Assembly (NCBI GenBank): GCA_051294905.1
Contig: CM119379.1
Span: 16,616,001 to 16,680,000 of the forward strand
Direction: 5' to 3'
DNA length: 64,000 nt
Source: Botryllus schlosseri
Taxonomy: Eukaryota
Shown: one piece after another, positions 54,001 through 63,000 of the stretch
How the letters are laid out: the number at the start of each line of letters is the position of its first letter
Numbering within the stretch: position 1 is the stretch's first letter
Notes under the pieces: generated by a model
What the model saw: the letters and a program-made list of their open reading frames with translations, nothing else
What the model was told of the DNA's origin: nothing
The model's database searches: none
Program-made: the position numbers and the translations under genes

Positions 54001-57000
54001 ACAAATTCTAAATTCAACACCGTCCCCTTTTTATAGCTGCAGTTTGCATTTGATATTGCTACAATATCTCTTTATACAATTTTCAAGTTCATTGAACAGT
54101 GCACAGTATACATTGCACTGATCTGTATTAAACTAAATTCACCTTACACTGATATTTCTATTGCTGAGTATCACTTTTGTATTCTAAATACTGTACGGTG
54201 TACTGGGAATATGTAACGCAATACAATCATTGACTGTGCTTTGTTGCAGTCCGAGATTTTTGCGCGAATCCTACTCATCGACGCCGGTACCTGAAAACAG
54301 CGAAGTCGGTTTTGAAGTGATCGCAGTGCAGGCACTTGATTCTGATTATGGGGTGAATGGATGGGTATGTTATCCTTGCAATGATATGTGAATGTATCGT
54401 GTCAACTTCGTTCTCTGTGACGTAGGTCAAATACAAGATAGTAGGCGGAAATGACGAGAAGAAATTTGGCATCGACGATTCTGGTGTCATTACTCTTCTG
54501 GATACTTTGGATTTTGAGATGAGAAAATCATACGAGTTGATAGTTCAAGGTATGGTGTCCGGTTGAAGTACTATCTTTATGTAACTAAAACGTATAGCTT
54601 GCTAAACCAGTACTGGTTTGTTGCAGCCGTTGAAGTTGTTATAGAACATTATGATGTCTGGTAGCAGCCCAGAGGTGGTTAAATTAGACAGTGTTAGTGC
54701 TCAAGAATATGTAATAAAATTATAGCTAGTTATAGTGATACAGGGGCCATTTCGTCAAGTTGTTATGATAATTTCACTTATAAAAGCAATGCAACCAGAT
54801 CTCAAAACTAATTTACAAAGTTCACAGTGTAAAAGGACGTAGTTTAACCTTTTTTGCCTACAAAACCAACCACTTCTGGGTAGCACCCAATGAGACAATT
54901 TTCAACCATTGGCACTTATCAGATTAAAAAATTATCTTCCGGATGCTATAAAGAATGTTATTAATTTTGGCTCTATCCATCATTGTGATTGATGCCAATC
55001 AAATGACATCTTCTTTTCAGCCTCGGATTACGCTGTCAACTCTAAGAAAACAACTGTGCCCGTCATAGTTACTGTGGAAGATGTGAACGATAACGTACCG
55101 CATTTTAACGCTTCTGAATATGCGATTCGTGTATTTGAAAATACGCCGATCGGGGACACGGTATCCAGGTGAAATTACCTTCCATCATAGATATCTAGTC
55201 CGCAGTTACTGAATCAATACCTTTTGGCTAACTGGTGTTTTCTCATAGGATTCTCGCTATCGACGAGGATTTCGGGGAGAATGCGGAAGTTCTTTACTCC
55301 ATGCAATATCCGTCGGTTATCGGAGTCCGACAGAATGGAGAACTCTACGTCAGCAGTGTTGTGGATTATGAGCATCATACGTTACACATAGCGCAGGTTA
55401 GGATTTTAACGCGTATCTATGACTATAACAGCATTCTCAATGTGTCTACCTTATGCCATTTCTTGTTTCAATTAACTCGAGCACTTGTAATCTTTAATTG
55501 ACTTTGAGGAAAAAAGGCAAACCGGTTTGATGTGAACCATCTTTAATTGAAACTAATGTTAGGATAGAAGTATAACTTGGAAAAAATTCTTCATCAGATT
55601 CTGGTGTCCAATGCTGGGATAACAGGAAGCAACCGTGCTCAGCTTGATATATCAGTGTTGGGACGCAACGAGTATCGACCTGTGTTTACCCCGGCAACAC
55701 GCGACTTCACCATTTCACATTTATCCGGATTCGGTAAATTTTTTTGCGTTTGTAGCGTCAGAGTGCCGGTTTTAATGGCTATTGTGTATTTAGGATCGCT
55801 CGTGGGATCGGTTAATGCGACGGACCGTGACGACGACGTAGATGGGATCGTGGAATATCTAATGATTCCGAATAACGACTCGAAATATTTTAACCTTGGA
55901 AGAAGATCAGGTTGGTGTAATCTTATTTGGAACTTTCTCGTACGATGTCTCACAACAGCACTTGTACCATGTCAAAATTCCGATTGTCAACATTTTTATG
56001 TGGTTGTTTGCCTGTAAATAGTCCATATGATCATCTAAAAATAGTATAATGACCTCGAGCCGTCTGATTGCCTTGATTACCTGAATGACGTCATATTTGG
56101 TGATAATGATTGTAGGTAGATATACAATGTAATTTTCTATTCTCTACTAGTTGCTGACGATTACCCCTGACAAGAGTCAGCCGAAAATATTCTGATTTAT
56201 TTAGATATGAATGTGTTTTTTAATTAAATACTGATGTTCTGTACCTCCAAGAGCCTCTTCAAATGGTCCATATTAGTATATATCAAAGATTGATCTGAGA
56301 AAATCTTTCTGAGGCCGTCCTATCATCTATACGTGAAGTATCTCACTCGAAGTCTCTCCAAAGCATTGGGACAAACTTGTTATTATTTTACAATGTTGGT
56401 TCTAAATTTCTGTTGCCACATTTCAACAGGGAAGCTGATCGTGCTGGACGCGTCTCCCTACGAGGTCGGCGATAAAATCACGATCGACATCATTGCGAAG
56501 AATCCAACTACTTCCGCCGAGTTTTGTCTGTTCGACGAAACCACGGTGACGATGCAAGTCATATCGAACGAATGCCACAAAGAGCCGTGTAAAAACGGCG
56601 CGACCTGCGAAGACGGGCCTACCAGATTCATATGTTACTGTCTACCAGGTACTGTATATCCTCTCGTGTTACGCTTCAATGTTACGCATTGTGGAAATCG
56701 TACAGGATTCACCGGTATTGATTGCGGTGCCAACATTGACGACTGTAAAGCGAATCCGTGCGGCGATCACGGTACTTGCTCTGATCAAATCGACGATTAC
56801 AAATGTAGTTGCGAGCCAGGTTACACCGGAAGGAATTGTGATGTCAGAATCGATTTTTGCGAAAGTTCGCCTTGCCTGAACGGAGGAATATGCACCAGTG
56901 AGCAAATTGATTTACTTGAATGTTGTTGCTATTGATTAAAAAAATTAGATACGATTGGTGATATACAATGTTCTTTTCAATTCTCTACTAGCTGCTCATA

Positions 57001-60000
57001 AGTGTCAGCCGTAAATATTAGTTTTCTATTTCAATAAGAATATATTATTTAATTGGATACTAAACTCTGTGCGTCCAAGAGTCTTATAAAAAATAGGTGC
57101 TTATCAAATGCACCACAGCCAATAATGGCGTGTTCACATTGCAAGAATTAATATTTGGCACGGTGGCAAAATACAATCAAGGCCTAAAAATCATAAATTG
57201 ACGGTTTCCGGACAACATGAATTCAATGGTGTGTGTCATAATGTTTCGGTTACTATTACATTCAATTCGTCATATCTGTAATGAAAAATTTACAGAGATA
57301 TATATTATAATACCTTGTCATCATCGCTCAGGTCTCGAAACCAACTTTTCGTGCGAATGCCCGTTTGGCGCGGAAGGCGACAGATGCGAAACACAAAGCT
57401 TAAATTTCCCGCCCCAGTCTTACATCAAGCTGCCCGCCTTCACATCAAGCATATCATTTGAATTCTCAACAGGTAGATATCATTTTCTTATCGACACGCC
57501 AAACAATTTCATTATGCTTTGAAACATTTTTAGTTTATCCAAACTCACTGCTGTTTTATTCGGACTTGACGCTGTCGGCGTATGTTGCACTGGAGATTTT
57601 GGACGGAAAGATACAGTTGAAAGTGCAGCAGAGCGGTAGCAGGTAAGAAAAAATGTATTTGTAGTAGTGATATCGTTCAAGCAATCACCGATGTTGGAAG
57701 TGATGCTATAAATATACGTGCAACCATTTTCCACTACCTTTAAACAGTCGCTAATTAGTGCTGAGTGAAGTTGGGTCAATTCAGGGTATCAAGTCAAGTA
57801 TATCTCACTATCAACATATGTCTTGATATAATTTATATAATCATACGAAATTATTTTACAGTGAGATTTCCTTTCTCAACTTGAATACTATGGTCAACGA
57901 CGGCGCGTGGCACACGTTGGCCGTCGATACCACGGATCGAAAATTAAGTCTGGTTTTGGACAGCTGTACCTCTGGAGTGGATAATCAATGCGCTGCCACC
58001 TTGAACTTGAATAGCGTTTCCAACGTGGTATCGTCGGATCTGATTGTAGGTGGAATTCCGGAGATCGATGTTATCGAAAATGGAAAGGTATGCAGAATGC
58101 GTATTTGTTTGACATTGCTTTGTTCACTAATGACATCAGATGCTTCTTAACCTGTGAAACAAAAGCATTTCGTGTATAATTTAAAAATAGTACATCAAGT
58201 GTAGGCCACCTGTTTGCCTCGATAATTACAATTTTTCGTGTCAGTGACATCATATTTCACGATACTAAGTTCCGTTGATATGTCTACCAGTTGCTGACCA
58301 TTGCCCATGACGTGTGTCAGGTGAATATATTCAGATTTATTTCAGTATAAATAGATTATTAATTGCTCAATTGTATATTAAAGTTCTGTACCGCCAAGAG
58401 TTTTGTCAACCTCAGAAACATCATGTATTATGAAAAAAATTGCTACAATATAGCGAATTACCGTTATATTGCAAAACTTCACTGGAATATGCTTCTTTCC
58501 CAGCTTTCTTCTCACGACTTTGTTGGTTGTATGAGATCGTTGACCTTTGACACGAACGCAATTGGATCGTCTTTGTCGCCATATATTTTACGGAAACATC
58601 TCATTCGCGATGGTTGTGATAAAACCACTTCGCTGAGCGCCTGCTCGAGCACCTCGTGCCAAAACGGAGCTGGCTGTGTAGACGCGTGGACGCAGGCAAT
58701 ATGTACATGCACAGACGGCTGGCAGGGTCCAGATTGCGACACCAAACTGGTAAGTTCCGATTGTAACCGAAAAACTCGGAGAATCATGATGCATATTGGG
58801 TAGAAAATTTCCCAGAACTATTACCTATTAATAGTATCAACGGCTGGGCAAAATATTACTCCCGGTGTGAAGATGTAAATCTTAGTCTCATAAAAAATTC
58901 GACTGTCATTACTCAACTCGAATCATTACAATGGATACCCGACTTGAACACTCGACCGTGTATTGAAGTTAATTTTTAATAGATATATCTGGATGAAAAT
59001 ATGTTAATTGCAGTTGAACACATCACATTAAATGACACCCCAAATATCGCCTTTCTCAGCATACTGATACGGTCCCATGGAAATCATGTATGTAATCTTA
59101 AACATAAACTCTAGTGCGCAAATTATCACGAGATTCATGTCTATCTGGAATAAGCTCCTTGCAACCTATTTTGTCAACAGTTAAAAGCAAATTGTCTTTC
59201 TTGCAGACCGGCCATACGTTCAGCGGCGAGGGATACGCGTCGATCAGCTTCAAGGAGTCTTACTATCGCGACGTTTTATTGGAGACAACCCGAAACACCG
59301 CGATATCGAAGCGCAGCGTCGGTGATACAGAAAGTAGTGTGGAAATACGATTCCGCACTACAGAAAACAGCGCGATGCTGTTCGCCGCTATCGCCACGGA
59401 CAAAGACAATTTCGGCTACCTCTACGTAAGTCACAAACGGCATCTTCGTCACGGATCAAAACTTAGCAGGATGCGTTTCTATTTAAAAGGTTTCCGAAAA
59501 CTTACTACACTACAGTCATATCGGTTCCGACGGTCTTGTGACATTATTTTCAACCAAAGAGATTTCGGACGGATTGTGGCACGACGCTAAAATTACCCTG
59601 ACGGGCTCTGGTAGCGAGAATGTGGAGGCCGTCCTGCAGATCGACGGCGAAGTGCCTGTTTCCAATGGCAAGCAAACGTTCCCGGTGGGCAATCGTGACG
59701 GATCGGTGCGCATTACGGACTTCGAAAACCCGTTACAAGTCCAGGTGAGATCAATATTGGAACTGTTGATGGATTTAGTGTCAAAATTTTTAGTTTCGAT
59801 AGTACCGAAAGTGCGTAAAATTCGAAATCAATTCGCATGGCATGCAGAGTCTGGTAAAATCCTCATTTCTATAATATATTTCTCTGTCTCGCAATAACGA
59901 CATGTATTTAAGATGCCTCTGTCCATTGTAAAAGTTTATGCAGTTCATTTCAGTCTACTCCAAGTCGTTTCGTCGCTTTCCTATCTTTTCATTGTATCGG

Positions 60001-63000
60001 AGTCATGCGGTGTGTTGAAATGATGAAAATTCTTAATAAACAGATCTGAACTAAGAATAATTTAGTCATCTGAAGAGCTTCTTACAGGTACAGAACTTCA
60101 ATTGAATAGTATTTTTAATAGTAGAATGTTTGGCTGTATTTCAATACGAATTTTATCATTTCAAAACATAACAAGATTGCGATACAATGAAAAGATAGGA
60201 AGGTGTCTACACGATTTAGCGAAGACTTTCAATCGTGCATCCACCTTGCCCTGCAGATATTAATAAAATATTATAGAAATAGGAGGCATGCGCGCTGAAT
60301 CAAAAGTAACAGATGGCAACATAAAAAACACACAATGAAAATGAAGTAGCATGTTTTGGTAGGCAAAATCGATGTGTCAGTCTGTGGTCCGATAATCGTA
60401 AACGCAGACTAGTATGCATTCTGCAGAATCTGCTGGTATTTTGTCCTGAATGTGGACATTACCAGCATGATCAAGAATAAAGGATTGGTTCAACTCGGTA
60501 AAAGAGCTTGCGGTTATATGAGCTGCGAATACATGGATTAAATATTTGTGTTGGTGTGGTTTGTCTTTCCTAAAACCGGTCCTAAATGACAAGCACGTAT
60601 GATTGTTTCATGCTCAATTTCGCGTTTAGCACATCTACATCGGCGGAACCCCCCTGAACGTGGCAAGAAACGCCCCGCAAGTACCATCGTTCATCGGATG
60701 CATTTTTCACTTCAAACTGAACGGCGTCAGACAGCAGTTGAGATCGGACGTGTCGAACCAGTTCCTCTCTTTCTCTATCGACGATTCGGCGATATCGCAA
60801 AGCTGTGCGGGCTTCGGAATGTGCGATTGGGTGATTTGCGAAAATGGTACGATACGCGTTTCGGTCTTTAAATAGTATATTCACATTGAAATGAACCCGA
60901 ATATTTTCGGCTGACACTCATCAGGGGTAATCGGCAGCAACTAGTAGAGAATTCGAAACAACATTGTATATCAATAACCGTATCACAAAATCTGACGTCA
61001 CAAGCATGAAATTTTGAACGCTCTCTTATTCGTAATTACATACTGGTGAAGTTACTCGTTACCGACCAAAAATTGTAGCGTTGACATGCAGCTCGCAAAC
61101 ATGTTCTCAATATGCTTACAGGACGGGTTTGCGTGTCCAACACCGAGACTGCGACCCAGTGCGTTTGCCCCGACGGACATACTGATGACGGAAGTGGATG
61201 CGTCCCGGCAGCTGCCGGGTTCAGCTGGTGGATCATTGTGATCGCCGTTGCGTTAATAGGTGCCGTCGGTGCCGGCCTTGCGTTCTTCGTGTATAGACGA
61301 AAAAAGGTATTATCGGAATTTCTGTTTTTGTGAATATCGAACATATCATTGTGTGCGGAAATTCGTATATTATGTACAGTGTTAGGTTATGAGTATATTT
61401 GCTATTACCATCATTCTGTTGTCCTTTCATGCTTTGCGTTGCAGTGATGCGTAGGTAAATCAGTCTACGTAATTACAGTATTGCCAGAGGTGGTCAGTAA
61501 TAAAGTATTTCTTGTTTTTCAATACTCAAATAGTATTTCTGCTACTTACCAGATGGTGTAATTCCTTGCCTATGTCTATTTCCAAATCAACGGGTTTTGA
61601 AGCAGGACTATCTTACTACATTTTAGATCTTACAAAGTAGAAAGTAGTGTATGGATAGATTCGCATTACCTCGGTGAGTGAAATTGTCCTGACAAGCTGG
61701 CTATGCAGACCCCTGAACGACGGGGACAGATTGTAACTTCGAGAATTGAAGCTATTTTCGTCGCCATTAGTCATTTAGTGTTGTTTGCAACGTTGCATCC
61801 GACAATTTCTGATAACTGGCCCCATCGATCTACAAACAAAAGGCTGTCTTTTATCCTACTTCTACCCGCAGTAGTTTTGATATGCTCTGAAAATGGCTGC
61901 ATCCTCATGGTAATCGAGTAGAAATTTACAGCATTACTTCGGCTTGGACTCTAGTACCGACAATGACTATTTTTTTGACAACACGATCTATTTTCTGTCA
62001 CGAATGAACGAATCTGTTTGTGCTATTCGCTTGCCTGTGATTTTCCAAGCTGATATCTTCTTTTGAATGTGTTTTCAAGTGACTCGGAATAACTCAATGT
62101 TATTTTTTGCCTATTTTGCATCAGGCGAGGAGCGAAACCGTTGAACAGCGATCGGAATTTTCAAGCGTGGAATACGACGTTTCGTCTATCGCAAACTCGT
62201 CCGCTCCAGAAGCTGGCCACCAACCGGAGATTGAGGTTGTGACCGACGACAACAGCGAGAAACCGGTAAGTTTATGCCGTGTCCTTGTACCTGCTTTTAT
62301 ATGGTTTCAATACCATCAGCGGCCCGTAATTCCCTAAGTAGCCCCCTCTGGTTAACTGCCAAATGTATGTGGCCCGTCAACCAATTCACTCGAGCACTTT
62401 CCAGACCTTTCGTTTTCTACTGCCTCTCAAAGTAATTTGAATTTAACTCGACTTGACTTGAGTCAAAACCAAAAAAGTGTGGTAGACTTGTGACTTGGAA
62501 CCTTATGACTAGGTTACAGCCCTGGAGGCCGCACGCATCGGCTTCAACTAAAAAAACCTGAGATAGAATCAACACAACTCGTAATTCTCTCCAGATGATC
62601 ACAGTCAGCAGCTGCGACGAGTCTTCCACCCACGGCTTCTCAAGCCAAGTGACGCTGATACCGACCGCCAACAGCGCCACCAAAAACGGGCGCCTCTACA
62701 CCAACGCACGGCCCGACCAACACTCAACTACCGACCCGAGTGGACGCATATCAGCTTGCGACATCCGCCTGAACGAAAACTTTGACCGCCCGGCACAGCG
62801 GCCGGCGTCCGCGCAAGCCAACTTAGTCCCGGAAGTTTTGTATCCGACGGTGGACAGGACTAATGCGTACACGACTTCAGCTTCCAGGACTTTGCCCAGG
62901 AAAACGCCAAATAAAAATATGTCATATACGAAAGATCACACGGACACGAATCCGCGAAGGCCTGGATCACGGTAAGTTATTTTCGGGAATTGACGTTTGA

